The notes under the pieces: model-generated
The model's database searches: none
The model's input: the letters and a program-made list of their open reading frames with translations, nothing else
Told to the model about the DNA's origin: nothing
Position numbers and translations under genes: made by a program
Shown here: in pieces, positions 38,512 through 52,264 of the stretch
How the letters are laid out: each line of letters begins with the position of its first letter
Numbering within the stretch: the stretch's first letter is position 1
Assembly (NCBI RefSeq): GCF_001677475.2
Contig: NZ_CP015229.1
Strand: one strand, 5' to 3'
Length of the DNA: 64,000 nucleotides
Source of the DNA: Escherichia coli
Lineage (GTDB): Bacteria; Pseudomonadota; Gammaproteobacteria; Enterobacterales; Enterobacteriaceae

Positions 38512-40628
38512 CGCAGGAAACGATGGATTACCACGCGCTGAATGCGATGCTTAACCTCTACGACAGCGCAGGTCGCATTCAGTTCGATAAAGACCGCCAG
38601 GCCGTTGACGCCTTTATTGCGACGCATGTGCGTCCGAACAGTGTGACCTTCGGTAGCCAGCAGCAGCGCCTGAACTGGCTGGTCAACGAAGGTTACTATG
38701 ATGAAAGCGTTCTTAATCGCTACTCTCGCGACTTTGTCATTACGCTGTTTGCCCACGCACACACCAGCGGTTTTCGTTTTCAGACATTCCTCGGAGCATG
38801 GAAGTTTTACACCAGCTATACGTTGAAGACATTCGACGGTAAGCGTTATCTGGAAGATTTTGCCGATCGAGTCACGATGGTGGCGCTGACGCTGGCACAA
38901 GGCGATGAAACACTGGCGACGCAACTGACCGATGAGATGCTGTCAGGACGCTTTCAGCCTGCAACACCGACATTCCTCAACTGTGGTAAGCAGCAGCGCG
39001 GCGAACTGGTTTCCTGTTTTTTGCTGCGTATTGAAGACAATATGGAGTCGATTGGTCGGGCGGTAAATTCCGCACTGCAACTGTCGAAACGCGGCGGCGG
39101 CGTAGCATTTTTGCTGTCGAATCTGCGGGAAGCGGGCGCGCCAATTAAACGTATTGAAAATCAATCTTCTGGCGTAATTCCGGTGATGAAAATGCTGGAA
39201 GACGCATTTTCCTATGCCAACCAACTCGGCGCGCGTCAGGGGGCTGGTGCAGTCTATTTACATGCTCATCATCCCGATATTCTGCGTTTTCTCGACACGA
39301 AACGGGAAAATGCCGACGAAAAAATCCGCATTAAAACACTGTCGCTTGGCGTGGTGATCCCGGATATCACTTTCCATCTGGCAAAAGAGAATGCGCAGAT
39401 GGCGCTGTTTTCGCCTTATGACGTAGAGCGAGTTTATGGCAAGCCGTTTGCCGATGTCGCCATTAGCGAACACTATGACGAACTGGTTGCCGATGAACGC
39501 ATCCGCAAAAAATACCTCAACGCCCGTGATTTCTTCCAGCGACTGGCAGAAATCCAGTTTGAGTCCGGCTATCCCTACATCATGTATGAAGACACGGTAA
39601 ACCGTGCTAACCCTATCGCCGGGCGCATAAATATGAGCAATCTTTGCTCAGAGATTTTGCAGGTTAACAGCGCATCAGAGTATAACGAGAATCTCGACTA
39701 TGCCCGCACAGGCCATGATATTTCCTGCAATTTAGGTTCGTTGAATATTGCGCACACCATGGATTCCCCGGACTTTGCCCGCACGGTAGAGACTGCCGTA
39801 CGCGGTTTAACGGCGGTGTCAGATATGAGTCATATCCGCAGCGTGCCGTCCATCGAAGCCGGAAATGCCGCCTCACACGCCATCGGGCTGGGGCAGATGA
39901 ATTTACACGGTTATCTGGCGCGAGAAGGCATCGCTTATGGTTCGCCGGAAGCACTGGATTTCACCAATCTCTATTTCTATACCATCACCTGGCACGCACT
40001 GCGTACCTCAATGTTGCTGGCACGCGAACGCGGTGAAACCTTCGCCGGGTTCAAACAGTCACGCTATGCCAGTGGTGAATATTTTAGCCAATATCTGCAA
40101 GGGAACTGGCAGCCGAAAACGGCGAAAGTTGGCGAACTGTTTACCCGTAGCGGTATTACGTTACCTACCCGTGAGATGTGGGCGCAGCTGCGCGACGACG
40201 TGATGTGCTACGGCATTTACAACCAGAATCTTCAGGCGGTGCCGCCAACCGGTTCTATCTCTTATATCAACCATGCTACGTCGAGTATTCATCCGATTGT
40301 GGCGAAAGTAGAGATACGCAAAGAGGGCAAAACAGGACGCGTTTACTACCCTGCCCCGTTTATGACTAACGAGAATCTGGCGCTGTATCAGGATGCTTAC
40401 GCAATCGGCGCAGAAAAGATCATCGACACCTACGCGGAAGCGACTCGCCATGTCGATCAGGGTTTGTCGCTGACGCTGTTTTTCCCCGATACCGCCACCA
40501 CTCGCGATATCAACAAAGCGCAGATTTACGCCTGGCGCAAGGGTATCAAAACGCTCTATTACATTCGCCTGCGTCAGATGGCGCTGGAAGGCACTGAAAT
40601 TGAAGGCTGCGTCTCCTGTGCACTTTAA
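38484..40628 (+). CDS. nrdE: Class Ib ribonucleotide reductase alpha subunit
   Basis: 714 aa; C-terminal CxxC (CVSCAL). Confidence 0.9.
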   Translation: MATTTAECLTQETMDYHALNAMLNLYDSAGRIQFDKDRQAVDAFIATHVRPNSVTFGSQQQRLNWLVNEGYYDESVLNRYSRDFVITLFAHAHTSGFRFQTFLGAWKFYTSYTLKTFDGKRYLEDFADRVTMVALTLAQGDETLATQLTDEMLSGRFQPATPTFLNCGKQQRGELVSCFLLRIEDNMESIGRAVNSALQLSKRGGGVAFLLSNLREAGAPIKRIENQSSGVIPVMKMLEDAFSYANQLGARQGAGAVYLHAHHPDILRFLDTKRENADEKIRIKTLSLGVVIPDITFHLAKENAQMALFSPYDVERVYGKPFADVAISEHYDELVADERIRKKYLNARDFFQRLAEIQFESGYPYIMYEDTVNRANPIAGRINMSNLCSEILQVNSASEYNENLDYARTGHDISCNLGSLNIAHTMDSPDFARTVETAVRGLTAVSDMSHIRSVPSIEAGNAASHAIGLGQMNLHGYLAREGIAYGSPEALDFTNLYFYTITWHALRTSMLLARERGETFAGFKQSRYASGEYFSQYLQGNWQPKTAKVGELFTRSGITLPTREMWAQLRDDVMCYGIYNQNLQAVPPTGSISYINHATSSIHPIVAKVEIRKEGKTGRVYYPAPFMTNENLALYQDAYAIGAEKIIDTYAEATRHVDQGLSLTLFFPDTATTRDINKAQIYAWRKGIKTLYYIRLRQMALEGTEIEGCVSCAL

Positions 40629-41597
<969 letters not shown>

Positions 41598-41952
41598 GGG
41601 TGTTATTTTCAAAAATATCACTACCCGCGACAGGGAAATAATTCCCGCCAAATAGCTTTTTATCACGCAAATATTTTGTGGCGATCTACACTGATACTCT
41701 GTTGCATTATTCGCCTGAAACCACAATATTCAGGCGTTTTTTCGCTATCTTTGACAAAAAATATCAACTTTTCTCGATTTGCTCTCAGCCCTTATATCAC
41801 GGGAAATTCCGGCGATTTGCTCGCATCAATATTCATGCCACATTTGCCATCAGGGGTTGCCTCAGATTCTCAGTATGTTAGGGTAGAAAAAAGTGACTAT
41901 TTCCATTGGGTAATATATCGACATAAACAAATAACAGGAATCTTTCTATTGC

Positions 41953-43155
41953 ATGGCAATTAAATTAGAAATTAAAAATCTTTATAAAATATTTGGTGAG
42001 CATCCACAGCGAGCGTTCAAATATATCGAACAAGGACTTTCAAAAGAACAAATTCTGGAAAAAACTGGGCTATCGCTTGGCGTAAAAGACGCCAGTCTGG
42101 CCATTGAAGAAGGCGAGATATTTGTCATCATGGGATTATCCGGCTCGGGTAAATCCACAATGGTACGCCTTCTCAATCGCCTGATTGAACCCACCCGCGG
42201 GCAAGTGCTGATTGATGGTGTGGATATTGCCAAAATATCCGACGCCGAACTCCGTGAGGTGCGCAGAAAAAAGATTGCGATGGTCTTCCAGTCCTTTGCC
42301 TTAATGCCGCATATGACCGTGCTGGACAATACTGCGTTTGGTATGGAATTGGCCGGAATTAATGCCGAAGAACGCCGGGAAAAAGCCATTGATGCACTGC
42401 GTCAGGTCGGGCTGGAAAATTATGCCCACAGCTACCCGGATGAACTCTCTGGCGGGATGCGTCAACGTGTGGGATTAGCCCGCGCGTTAGCGATTAATCC
42501 GGATATATTATTAATGGACGAAGCCTTCTCGGCGCTCGATCCATTAATTCGTACAGAGATGCAGGATGAGCTGGTAAAATTACAGGCGAAACATCAGCGC
42601 ACCATTGTCTTTATTTCCCACGATCTCGATGAAGCTATGCGTATTGGCGACCGAATTGCCATTATGCAAAATGGTGAAGTGGTGCAGGTTGGTACACCGG
42701 ATGAAATTCTTAATAATCCGGCGAATGATTATGTCCGTACCTTCTTCCGTGGCGTCGATATTAGCCAGGTGTTCAGTGCGAAAGATATTGCCCGTCGTAC
42801 ACCGAACGGCTTAATTCGTAAAACCCCCGGCTTCGGCCCGCGTTCGGCACTGAAATTATTGCAGGATGAAGATCGCGAATATGGCTACGTCATCGAACGC
42901 GGTAATAAGTTTGTCGGCGCTGTGTCTATCGATTCGCTTAAAGCCGCGTTAACGCAGCAGCAAGGTCTTGATGCGGCGCTGATTGATGCGCCGTTAGCGG
43001 TCGATGCACAAACGCCTCTTAGCGAGTTGCTCTCTCATGTCGGACAGGCACCCTGTGCGGTGCCCGTGGTCGACGAGGACCAACAGTATGTCGGCATCAT
43101 TTCGAAAGGAATGCTGCTGCGCGCTTTAGATCGTGAGGGGGTAAATAATGGCTGA
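41953..43155 (+). CDS. proV: Glycine betaine/proline ABC transporter ATPase
   Basis: 400 aa; Walker [10 protein letters not shown], signature LSGGMRQR, C-terminal CBS domains. Confidence 0.9.
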   Translation: MAIKLEIKNLYKIFGEHPQRAFKYIEQGLSKEQILEKTGLSLGVKDASLAIEEGEIFVIMGLSGSGKSTMVRLLNRLIEPTRGQVLIDGVDIAKISDAELREVRRKKIAMVFQSFALMPHMTVLDNTAFGMELAGINAEERREKAIDALRQVGLENYAHSYPDELSGGMRQRVGLARALAINPDILLMDEAFSALDPLIRTEMQDELVKLQAKHQRTIVFISHDLDEAMRIGDRIAIMQNGEVVQVGTPDEILNNPANDYVRTFFRGVDISQVFSAKDIARRTPNGLIRKTPGFGPRSALKLLQDEDREYGYVIERGNKFVGAVSIDSLKAALTQQQGLDAALIDAPLAVDAQTPLSELLSHVGQAPCAVPVVDEDQQYVGIISKGMLLRALDREGVNNG

Positions 43156-44212
43156 TCAAAATAATCCGTGGGATACCACGCCAGCGGCGGACAGTGCTGC
43201 ACAATCCGCAGACGCCTGGGGTACACCGACGACTGCACCGACTGACGGCGGTGGTGCTGACTGGCTGACCAGTACGCCTGCGCCAAACGTCGAGCATTTT
43301 AATATTCTCGATCCGTTCCATAAAACGCTGATCCCGCTCGACAGTTGGGTCACTGAAGGGATCGACTGGGTCGTTACCCATTTCCGTCCCGTCTTCCAGG
43401 GCGTGCGCGTTCCGGTTGATTATATCCTCAACGGTTTCCAGCAATTGCTGCTGGGTATGCCAGCGCCAGTGGCGATTATCGTTTTTGCTCTCATCGCCTG
43501 GCAGATTTCCGGGGTCGGAATGGGCGTGGCGACGCTGGTTTCGCTGATTGCCATCGGCGCAATCGGTGCCTGGTCGCAGGCAATGGTGACTCTGGCGCTG
43601 GTGTTAACCGCCCTGCTGTTCTGTATCGTCATCGGTTTGCCGTTGGGGATATGGCTGGCGAGAAGTCCGCGAGCGGCGAAAATTATTCGTCCACTGCTTG
43701 ATGCCATGCAGACCACGCCAGCGTTTGTTTATCTGGTGCCAATCGTCATGCTATTTGGTATCGGTAACGTGCCGGGCGTGGTGGTGACGATCATCTTTGC
43801 TCTGCCGCCGATTATCCGTCTGACCATTCTGGGGATTAACCAGGTTCCGGCGGATCTGATTGAAGCCTCGCGCTCATTCGGTGCCAGCCCGCGCCAGATG
43901 CTGTTCAAAGTTCAGTTACCGCTGGCGATGCCGACCATTATGGCGGGCGTTAACCAGACGCTGATGCTGGCCCTTTCTATGGTGGTCATTGCCTCGATGA
44001 TTGCCGTCGGCGGGCTGGGTCAGATGGTACTTCGCGGTATCGGTCGTCTGGATATGGGGCTTGCCACCGTTGGCGGCGTCGGGATTGTGATCCTCGCCAT
44101 TATCCTCGATCGCCTGACGCAGGCCGTTGGGCGCGACTCACGCAGTCGCGGCAACCGTCGCTGGTACACCACTGGCCCTGTTGGTCTGCTGACCCGCCCA
44201 TTCATTAAGTAA
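43148..44212 (+). CDS. proW: Glycine betaine/proline ABC transporter permease
   Basis: 354-aa polytopic membrane protein; overlaps the proV stop. Confidence 0.9.
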   Translation: MADQNNPWDTTPAADSAAQSADAWGTPTTAPTDGGGADWLTSTPAPNVEHFNILDPFHKTLIPLDSWVTEGIDWVVTHFRPVFQGVRVPVDYILNGFQQLLLGMPAPVAIIVFALIAWQISGVGMGVATLVSLIAIGAIGAWSQAMVTLALVLTALLFCIVIGLPLGIWLARSPRAAKIIRPLLDAMQTTPAFVYLVPIVMLFGIGNVPGVVVTIIFALPPIIRLTILGINQVPADLIEASRSFGASPRQMLFKVQLPLAMPTIMAGVNQTLMLALSMVVIASMIAVGGLGQMVLRGIGRLDMGLATVGGVGIVILAIILDRLTQAVGRDSRSRGNRRWYTTGPVGLLTRPFIK

Positions 44213-44269
44213 CTCTGCACTTGCCCGGTGACGCCGGGCATTATCACCCTGCCAAAAAAAGGAATAACA

Positions 44270-45262
44270 ATGCGACATAGCGTACTTTTTGCGACAGCGT
44301 TTGCCACGCTTATCTCTACACAAACTTTTGCTGCCGATCTGCCGGGCAAAGGCATTACTGTTAATCCAGTTCAGAGCACCATCACTGAAGAAACCTTCCA
44401 GACGCTGCTGGTCAGTCGTGCGCTGGAGAAATTAGGTTATACCGTCAATAAACCCAGTGAAGTGGATTACAACGTTGGCTACACCTCGCTTGCTTCCGGC
44501 GATGCAACCTTCACCGCCGTGAACTGGACGCCACTCCATGACAACATGTACGAAGCTGCCGGTGGCGATAAGAAATTTTATCGTGAAGGGGTATTTGTTA
44601 ACGGCGCGGCACAGGGTTACCTGATCGATAAGAAAACCGCCGACCAATACAAAATCACCAACATCGCACAACTTAAAGATCCGAAGATCGCCAAACTGTT
44701 CGATACCAACGGCGACGGTAAAGCGGATTTAACCGGCTGTAACCCAGGCTGGGGCTGCGAAGGTGCGATCAACCACCAGCTTGCCGCGTATGAACTGACC
44801 AACACCGTGACGCATAATCAGGGGAACTACGCAGCGATGATGGCCGACACCATCAGTCGCTACAAAGAGGGCAAACCGGTGTTTTATTACACCTGGACGC
44901 CGTACTGGGTGAGTAATGAGCTGAAGCCAGGGAAAGATGTGGTCTGGTTGCAGGTGCCGTTCTCCGCACTGCCGGGCGATAAAAACGCCGATACCAAACT
45001 GCCGAATGGTGCGAATTATGGCTTCCCGGTCAGCACCATGCATATCGTTGCCAACAAAGCCTGGGCCGAGAAAAACCCGGCAGCAGCGAAACTGTTTGCC
45101 ATTATGCAGTTGCCAGTGGCAGATATTAACGCCCAGAACGCCATTATGCATGACGGCAAAGCCTCAGAAGGCGATATTCAGGGCCATGTTGATGGTTGGA
45201 TCAAAGCCCACCAGCAGCAGTTCGATGGCTGGGTGAATGAGGCGCTGGCAGCGCAGAAGTAA
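44270..45262 (+). CDS. proX: Glycine betaine/proline periplasmic binding protein
   Basis: Start [26 protein letters not shown] (signal peptide); 330 aa. Confidence 0.85.
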
Positions 45263-45269
45263 TTTTTAT

Positions 45270-45360
45270 TCGGGCGGATAAGGCGTTTTTGCCTCATCCG
45301 CCGTTCTGTGCACAATGCCTGATGCGACGCTGGCGCGTCTTATCATGCCTACAAACCACA
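45270..45360. repeat. REP/BIME elements
   Basis: CGGGCGGATAAGGCG...CATCCGCC and GCCTGATGCGACGCTGGCGCGTCTTATCATGCCTAC, classic REP palindromes. Confidence 0.55.
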
Positions 45361-45453
45361 TCGCACATTTCAACAATCTATCTTTCATCCCATATTCATC
45401 AACATCCGCTATTATTGATTTCCAGCTTAATCATCACCTGATGAACAAAAATA

Positions 45454-46638
45454 ATGACTAAACCTAATCATGAGCTTAGCCCGGCGCTGATCGTGCTGAT
45501 GTCTATCGCCACCGGTCTGGCGGTAGCCAGTAACTATTACGCCCAGCCGTTGCTCGACACCATCGCGCGTAACTTTTCCCTTTCCGCCAGTTCGGCAGGC
45601 TTTATTGTTACCGCCGCGCAGTTGGGCTATGCCGCAGGTCTACTGTTTCTTGTTCCCCTCGGTGATATGTTTGAACGCCGCCGCCTGATTGTCTCGATGA
45701 CCTTACTGGCAGCGGGCGGTATGTTAATCACTGCCAGCAGTCAGTCACTGGCGATGATGATCCTCGGTACGGCATTAACCGGTTTATTCTCAGTCGTGGC
45801 ACAAATTCTGGTTCCGCTGGCAGCGACGCTGGCTTCACCGGACAAACGCGGCAAAGTGGTCGGCACCATTATGAGCGGGCTGCTGTTGGGGATCTTGCTG
45901 GCACGAACCGTTGCCGGGTTGCTGGCAAACCTCGGCGGCTGGCGCACCGTCTTTTGGGTTGCCTCGGTGTTAATGGCACTGATGGCGCTGGCATTATGGC
46001 GTGGTCTGCCACAAATGAAATCAGAAACCCACCTCAACTACCCACAGTTGCTTGGTTCCGTTTTCAGCATGTTTATCAGCGATAAGATCCTGCGCACCCG
46101 CGCGTTGCTGGGCTGCCTGACCTTTGCCAACTTCAGCATTCTCTGGACCTCAATGGCCTTTTTGCTTGCCGCTCCACCTTTTAACTACAGCGATGGTGTA
46201 ATTGGTCTGTTTGGACTTGCGGGAGCTGCCGGAGCGTTGGGCGCTCGTCCGGCGGGCGGTTTTGCCGACAAGGGCAAATCGCACCACACAACAACTTTCG
46301 GTCTGCTGCTGCTGTTACTTTCATGGCTGGCAATCTGGTTTGGTCACACTTCCGTACTGGCGCTGATTATCGGCATTCTGGTGCTGGACCTCACCGTGCA
46401 GGGCGTGCATATCACTAACCAGACGGTAATTTATCGAATACACCCTGATGCGCGTAATCGCCTGACCGCAGGTTACATGACCAGCTACTTTATTGGCGGT
46501 GCCGCCGGTTCGCTAATTTCAGCCTCAGCCTGGCAACATGGCGGTTGGGCTGGCGTTTGTCTGGCTGGCGCGACGATTGCCCTGGTTAACTTACTGGTCT
46601 GGTGGCGAGGTTTTCATCGTCAGGAAGCCGCAAATTAA
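45454..46638 (+). CDS. ygaY: MFS transporter, intact
   Basis: 394-aa 12-TM-like ORF without interruption; I recall ygaY as a pseudogene in K-12. Confidence 0.7.
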   Translation: MTKPNHELSPALIVLMSIATGLAVASNYYAQPLLDTIARNFSLSASSAGFIVTAAQLGYAAGLLFLVPLGDMFERRRLIVSMTLLAAGGMLITASSQSLAMMILGTALTGLFSVVAQILVPLAATLASPDKRGKVVGTIMSGLLLGILLARTVAGLLANLGGWRTVFWVASVLMALMALALWRGLPQMKSETHLNYPQLLGSVFSMFISDKILRTRALLGCLTFANFSILWTSMAFLLAAPPFNYSDGVIGLFGLAGAAGALGARPAGGFADKGKSHHTTTFGLLLLLLSWLAIWFGHTSVLALIIGILVLDLTVQGVHITNQTVIYRIHPDARNRLTAGYMTSYFIGGAAGSLISASAWQHGGWAGVCLAGATIALVNLLVWWRGFHRQEAAN

Positions 46639-46761
46639 GCAATCAGCAACCGTTTTCGTGGCTTTACACTTATAAGGGTGTTAAGAAGCCCATCAGTCTG
46701 ATAAGGTTAAGATATTCATTCAGTCTATTTATAATATTAACAATCGTTAAGCGTACACTCT

Positions 46762-47499
46762 ATGGAAAGCCCTACTCCACAGCCTGCTCCTGGTTCGGCG
46801 ACCTTCATGGAAGGATGCAAAGACAGTTTACCGATTGTTATTAGTTATATTCCGGTGGCCTTTGCGTTCGGTCTGAATGCGACCCGTCTGGGATTCTCTC
46901 CTCTCGAAAGCGTTTTTTTCTCCTGCATCATTTATGCAGGCGCGAGCCAGTTCGTCATTACCGCGATGCTGGCAGCCGGGAGTAGTTTGTGGGTTGCTGC
47001 ACTGACCGTCATGGCAATGGATGTTCGCCATGTGTTGTATGGCCCGTCACTGCGTAGCCGTATTATTCAGCGTCTGCAAAAATCGAAAACCGCCCTGTGG
47101 GCGTTTGGCCTGACGGATGAGGTTTTTGCCGCCGCAACCGCAAAACTGGTACGCAATAATCGCCGCTGGAGCGAGAACTGGATGATCGGCATTGCCTTCA
47201 GTTCATGGTCATCGTGGGTATTTGGTACGGTAATAGGGGCATTCTCCGGCAGCGGCTTGCTGCAAGGTTATCCCGCCGTTGAAGCTGCATTAGGTTTTAT
47301 GCTTCCGGCACTCTTTATGAGTTTCCTGCTCGCCTCTTTCCAGCGCAAACAATCTCTTTGCGTTACCGCAGCGTTAGTTGGTGCCCTTGCAGGCGTAACG
47401 CTATTTTCTATTCCCGTCGCCATTCTGGCAGGCATTGTCTGTGGCTGCCTCACTGCGTTAATCCAGGCATTCTGGCAAGGAGCGCCCGATGAGCTATGA
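46762..47499 (+). CDS. ygaZ: Branched-chain amino acid exporter subunit (AzlC family)
   Basis: 245-aa membrane protein; synteny. Confidence 0.85.
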   Translation: MESPTPQPAPGSATFMEGCKDSLPIVISYIPVAFAFGLNATRLGFSPLESVFFSCIIYAGASQFVITAMLAAGSSLWVAALTVMAMDVRHVLYGPSLRSRIIQRLQKSKTALWAFGLTDEVFAAATAKLVRNNRRWSENWMIGIAFSSWSSWVFGTVIGAFSGSGLLQGYPAVEAALGFMLPALFMSFLLASFQRKQSLCVTAALVGALAGVTLFSIPVAILAGIVCGCLTALIQAFWQGAPDEL

Positions 47500-47824
47500 G
47501 GTTCTGCTGCTTGGGTTACTGGTTGGCGCGGCGAATTATTGCTTCCGCTATTTGCCGCTGCGCCTGCGTGTGGGTAATGCCCGCCCAACCAAACGTGGCG
47601 CGGTAGGTATTTTGCTCGACACCATTGGCATCGCCTCGATATGCGCTCTGCTGGTTGTCTCTACCGCACCAGAAGTGATGCACGATACACGCCGTTTCGT
47701 GCCCACGCTGGTCGGCTTCGCGGTACTGGGTGCCAGTTTCTATAAAACACGCAGCATTATCATCCCAACACTGCTTAGTGCGCTGGCCTATGGGCTCGCC
47801 TGGAAAGTGATGGCGATTATATAA
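47489..47824 (+). CDS. ygaH: Branched-chain amino acid exporter subunit (AzlD family)
   Basis: 111 aa; overlaps the ygaZ stop. Confidence 0.85.
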   Translation: MSYEVLLLGLLVGAANYCFRYLPLRLRVGNARPTKRGAVGILLDTIGIASICALLVVSTAPEVMHDTRRFVPTLVGFAVLGASFYKTRSIIIPTLLSALAYGLAWKVMAII

Positions 47825-47914
47825 CCCACAAGAATCATTTTTCTAAAACAATACATTTACTTTATTTGTCACTGTCGTTACTATATCGGCTGAAATTAAT
47901 GAGGTCATACCCAA

Positions 47915-48445
47915 ATGGATAGTTCGTTTACGCCCATTGAACAAATGCTAAAATTTCGCGCCAGCCGCCACGAAGATTTTCCTTATCAGGAGATCCTTCT
48001 GACTCGTCTTTGCATGCACATGCAAAGCAAGCTGCTGGAGAACCGCAATAAAATGCTGAAGGCTCAGGGGATTAACGAGACGTTGTTTATGGCGTTGATT
48101 ACGCTGGAGTCTCAGGAAAACCACAGTATTCAGCCTTCTGAATTGAGTTGTGCTCTTGGATCATCCCGTACCAACGCGACGCGTATTGCCGATGAACTGG
48201 AAAAACGCGGTTGGATCGAACGTCGTGAAAGCGATAACGATCGCCGCTGCCTGCATCTGCAATTAACGGAAAAAGGTCACGAGTTTTTGCGCGAGGTTTT
48301 ACCACCGCAGCATAACTGCCTGCATCAACTCTGGTCCGCGCTCAGCACAACAGAAAAAGATCAGCTCGAGCAAATCACCCGCAAATTGCTCTCCCGTCTC
48401 GACCAGATGGAACAAGACGGTGTGGTTCTCGAAGCGATGAGCTAA
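47915..48445 (+). CDS. mprA: MarR-family repressor of emrAB
   Basis: 176 aa; synteny upstream of emrAB. Confidence 0.9.
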
Positions 48446-48571
48446 CGCGTCATCTCGCTCAAAAATCCAGATTTATAAAAGAAAAAATGACTGGCCAGCA
48501 TCGCAACATGCTGGCCTTTTTGGCAAGCAGGTCGGCTCAGCCGATGAGTTAAGAAGATCGTGGAGAACAAT

Positions 48572-49744
48572 ATGAGCGCAAATGCGGAGACTCAAACCCC
48601 GCAGCAACCGGTAAAGAAGAGCGGCAAACGTAAGCGTCTGCTCCTCCTTCTCACCTTGCTCTTTATAATTATTGCCGTAGCGATAGGGATTTATTGGTTT
48701 TTGGTACTGCGTCATTTCGAAGAAACCGATGACGCATACGTGGCAGGGAATCAGATTCAAATTATGTCTCAGGTGTCTGGCAGCGTGACGAAAGTCTGGG
48801 CCGATAACACCGATTTTATAAAAGAAGGCGATGTTCTGGTCACTCTCGACCCGACAGATGCTCGCCAGGCGTTTGAAAAAGCCAAAACTGCACTGGCTTC
48901 CAGCGTTCGCCAAACCCACCAGCTGATGATTAACAGCAAACAGTTGCAGGCGAATATTGAGGTGCAAAAAATCGCCCTCGCGAAAGCACAAAGCGACTAC
49001 AACCGCCGAGTGCCGCTGGGCAATGCCAACCTGATTGGTCGCGAAGAGCTGCAACACGCCCGCGACGCCGTCACCAGTGCCCAGGCGCAACTGGACGTCG
49101 CTATTCAACAATACAATGCCAATCAGGCGATGATTCTGGGGACTAAACTGGAAGATCAGCCTGCCGTGCAACAGGCTGCCACCGAAGTACGTAACGCCTG
49201 GCTGGCGCTGGAGCGTACCCGTATTGTCAGTCCGATGACCGGTTATGTTTCCCGTCGTGCCGTGCAACCGGGTGCGCAAATTAGCCCAACGACGCCGCTG
49301 ATGGCGGTCGTTCCAGCCACCAATATGTGGGTGGATGCCAACTTTAAAGAGACGCAGATTGCCAATATGCGCATCGGTCAGCCGGTCACCATCACCACCG
49401 ATATTTACGGCGATGATGTGAAATACACCGGTAAAGTGGTTGGTCTGGATATGGGCACAGGTAGCGCATTCTCACTGCTTCCGGCGCAAAATGCGACCGG
49501 TAACTGGATCAAAGTCGTTCAGCGCCTGCCTGTGCGTATTGAACTGGACCAGAAACAGCTGGAGCAATACCCGCTGCGTATCGGTTTGTCCACGCTGGTG
49601 AGCGTCAATACCACTAACCGTGACGGTCAGGTACTGGCAAATAAAGTACGTTCCACACCGGTCGCGGTAAGTACCGCGCGTGAAATCAGCCTGGCACCTG
49701 TCAATAAACTGATCGACGATATCGTAAAAGCTAACGCTGGCTAA
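48572..49744 (+). CDS. emrA: Multidrug efflux membrane fusion protein
   Basis: Start MSANAETQTPQQPVKKSGKRK; 390 aa. Confidence 0.9.
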   Translation: MSANAETQTPQQPVKKSGKRKRLLLLLTLLFIIIAVAIGIYWFLVLRHFEETDDAYVAGNQIQIMSQVSGSVTKVWADNTDFIKEGDVLVTLDPTDARQAFEKAKTALASSVRQTHQLMINSKQLQANIEVQKIALAKAQSDYNRRVPLGNANLIGREELQHARDAVTSAQAQLDVAIQQYNANQAMILGTKLEDQPAVQQAATEVRNAWLALERTRIVSPMTGYVSRRAVQPGAQISPTTPLMAVVPATNMWVDANFKETQIANMRIGQPVTITTDIYGDDVKYTGKVVGLDMGTGSAFSLLPAQNATGNWIKVVQRLPVRIELDQKQLEQYPLRIGLSTLVSVNTTNRDGQVLANKVRSTPVAVSTAREISLAPVNKLIDDIVKANAG

Positions 49745-49760
49745 TCCAGAGGTGCGTGTG

Positions 49761-51299
49761 ATGCAACAGCAAAAACCGCTGGAAGGCGCGCAACTGGTCA
49801 TTATGACGATTGCGCTGTCACTGGCGACATTCATGCAGGTGCTGGACTCCACCATTGCTAACGTGGCGATCCCCACTATCGCCGGGAATCTGGGCTCATC
49901 GCTCAGCCAGGGAACGTGGGTAATCACTTCTTTCGGGGTGGCGAATGCCATCTCGATCCCGCTTACCGGCTGGCTGGCAAAGCGCGTCGGGGAAGTGAAA
50001 CTGTTCCTCTGGTCAACCATCGCCTTTGCTATTGCGTCGTGGGCGTGTGGTGTCTCCAGCAGCCTGAATATGCTGATCTTCTTCCGCGTGATTCAGGGGA
50101 TTGTCGCCGGGCCGTTGATCCCGCTTTCGCAAAGTCTATTGCTGAATAACTACCCGCCAGCCAAACGCTCGATCGCGCTGGCACTGTGGTCGATGACGGT
50201 GATTGTCGCGCCAATTTGCGGCCCAATCCTCGGCGGGTATATCAGTGACAATTACCACTGGGGCTGGATATTCTTCATCAACGTACCGATTGGCGTGGCG
50301 GTGGTGTTGATGACACTGCAAACCCTGCGCGGACGCGAAACCCGCACCGAACGGCGGCGGATTGATGCCGTGGGGCTGGCACTGCTGGTTATTGGTATCG
50401 GCAGCCTACAGATTATGCTCGACCGCGGTAAAGAGCTGGACTGGTTTTCATCACAGGAAATTATCATCCTTACCGTGGTGGCAGTGGTGGCTATCTGCTT
50501 CCTGATTGTCTGGGAGCTGACCGACGATAACCCGATAGTCGATCTGTCGTTGTTTAAGTCGCGCAACTTCACCATCGGCTGTTTGTGTATCAGCCTCGCG
50601 TATATGCTCTACTTCGGCGCTATTGTTCTGCTGCCGCAGTTGTTGCAGGAGGTCTACGGTTACACGGCAACGTGGGCAGGTCTGGCCTCTGCGCCGGTAG
50701 GAATTATTCCGGTGATCCTGTCGCCGATTATCGGCCGCTTCGCGCATAAACTGGATATGCGGCGGCTGGTAACCTTCAGCTTTATTATGTATGCCGTCTG
50801 CTTCTACTGGCGTGCCTATACCTTTGAACCGGGTATGGATTTTGGCGCGTCGGCCTGGCCGCAGTTTATCCAGGGGTTTGCGGTGGCCTGCTTCTTTATG
50901 CCGCTGACCACCATTACGCTGTCTGGTTTGCCACCGGAACGACTGGCGGCAGCATCGAGCCTCTCCAACTTTACGCGAACGCTGGCGGGGTCTATCGGCA
51001 CGTCCATCACCACCACCATGTGGACCAACCGCGAGTCGATGCACCATGCGCAGTTGACTGAGTCGGTAAACCCGTTCAACCCGAATGCCCAGGCGATGTA
51101 CAGTCAACTGGAAGGGCTTGGGATGACGCAACAGCAGGCATCAGGCTGGATTGCCCAGCAGATCACCAATCAGGGGCTGATTATTTCCGCCAATGAGATC
51201 TTCTGGATGTCAGCCGGGATATTCCTCGTCCTGCTGGGGCTGGTGTGGTTTGCTAAACCGCCATTTGGCGCAGGTGGCGGCGGAGGCGGTGCGCACTAA
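49761..51299 (+). CDS. emrB: Multidrug efflux MFS transporter
   Basis: Start MQQQKPLEGAQLVIMTIALSL; 512 aa. Confidence 0.9.
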   Translation: MQQQKPLEGAQLVIMTIALSLATFMQVLDSTIANVAIPTIAGNLGSSLSQGTWVITSFGVANAISIPLTGWLAKRVGEVKLFLWSTIAFAIASWACGVSSSLNMLIFFRVIQGIVAGPLIPLSQSLLLNNYPPAKRSIALALWSMTVIVAPICGPILGGYISDNYHWGWIFFINVPIGVAVVLMTLQTLRGRETRTERRRIDAVGLALLVIGIGSLQIMLDRGKELDWFSSQEIIILTVVAVVAICFLIVWELTDDNPIVDLSLFKSRNFTIGCLCISLAYMLYFGAIVLLPQLLQEVYGYTATWAGLASAPVGIIPVILSPIIGRFAHKLDMRRLVTFSFIMYAVCFYWRAYTFEPGMDFGASAWPQFIQGFAVACFFMPLTTITLSGLPPERLAAASSLSNFTRTLAGSIGTSITTTMWTNRESMHHAQLTESVNPFNPNAQAMYSQLEGLGMTQQQASGWIAQQITNQGLIISANEIFWMSAGIFLVLLGLVWFAKPPFGAGGGGGGAH

Positions 51300-51307
51300 G
51301 GTTGTCA

Positions 51308-51331
51308 AAGGGAGCTGCGGCTCCCTTTTTA
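51308..51331 (+). terminator. Rho-independent terminator after emrB
   Basis: GGGAGCTGCGGCTCCC hairpin followed by TTTTTA. Confidence 0.6.
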
Positions 51332-51556
51332 TTTGCTCATTCTGCAAACGGTTGTTTTATCCACTCATTCGGTGTATCTTTTCGCCGCCCCAAACTCTTC
51401 CATTCACCATTAACCGGTTCTGAGCATTCGCTCAGGTTGTTAATTCTCTTTTTCTTTCGCCCTCGCTTTCGCGGGTGATACTCACATTTTTCTTTTAACC
51501 CCATAACTCGCACCCTCGCGGGCGTACATTTATTACACACAAAATAATGGATTATT

Positions 51557-52264
51557 ATGAATACCCAACGAAAATACGGGAGAACCTGGCATTACCCTTT
51601 CTCCCCAGGCACCACCAGCGATGACCGTATTAACACCGATTACTGGCAGGATTTACAGGCCATCACGCAATTGGTGCACACAGAAAAACTCGACGGTGAA
51701 AATAACTGCCTTAACCGCTACGGCGTGTTTGCCCGTTCCCATGCCGCGCCTACGCAGTCGGCATGGACCTATAAAATTCGCCAACGCTGGCAACTGCTGA
51801 AAAACGATCTCGGCGATCTGGAGTTGTTTGGTGAAAATCTTTATGCCGTCCATTCGATTGAATATCGCGCCCTGGAGCAGGATTTTTATCTGTTTGCCGT
51901 TCGCTGCCAGGATATGTGGCTGAGCTGGGAAGAGGTGCAGTTTTACGCCGCTCTGTTTGATTTCCCCTGCGTTCCCGAAATCTCCGGCCCGCAGCCGGGG
52001 AATGATGAAAAAAGCTGGCAACGTGATTTTCTGGCGCTGACCAATGCGCGCGGCGCGTTCGATCCCTGGGATACGCAAACCGGGCAACCCTGTACGCTGG
52101 AAGGCATTGTCAGCCGAAATCGTGACGCGTTTTCCGTCGCTGACTTTTCGCATAACGTCTTCAAGTATGTGCGCAAAAATCATGTCAAAACCACCGTGCA
52201 CTGGAAACGACACTGGCAACGGGCGCGGATGGCCCATGAGTTCGCTTATGGAGAACAGTCATGA
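51557..52264 (+). CDS. Minimal RNA/DNA ligase-like nucleotidyltransferase (putative RNA ligase)
   Basis: Covalent nucleotidyltransferase motifs in canonical order: [11 protein letters not shown] (KxDGxN), [35 protein letters not shown]; 235 aa; not present at this junction in K-12 as I recall it. Confidence 0.65.
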   Translation: MNTQRKYGRTWHYPFSPGTTSDDRINTDYWQDLQAITQLVHTEKLDGENNCLNRYGVFARSHAAPTQSAWTYKIRQRWQLLKNDLGDLELFGENLYAVHSIEYRALEQDFYLFAVRCQDMWLSWEEVQFYAALFDFPCVPEISGPQPGNDEKSWQRDFLALTNARGAFDPWDTQTGQPCTLEGIVSRNRDAFSVADFSHNVFKYVRKNHVKTTVHWKRHWQRARMAHEFAYGEQS

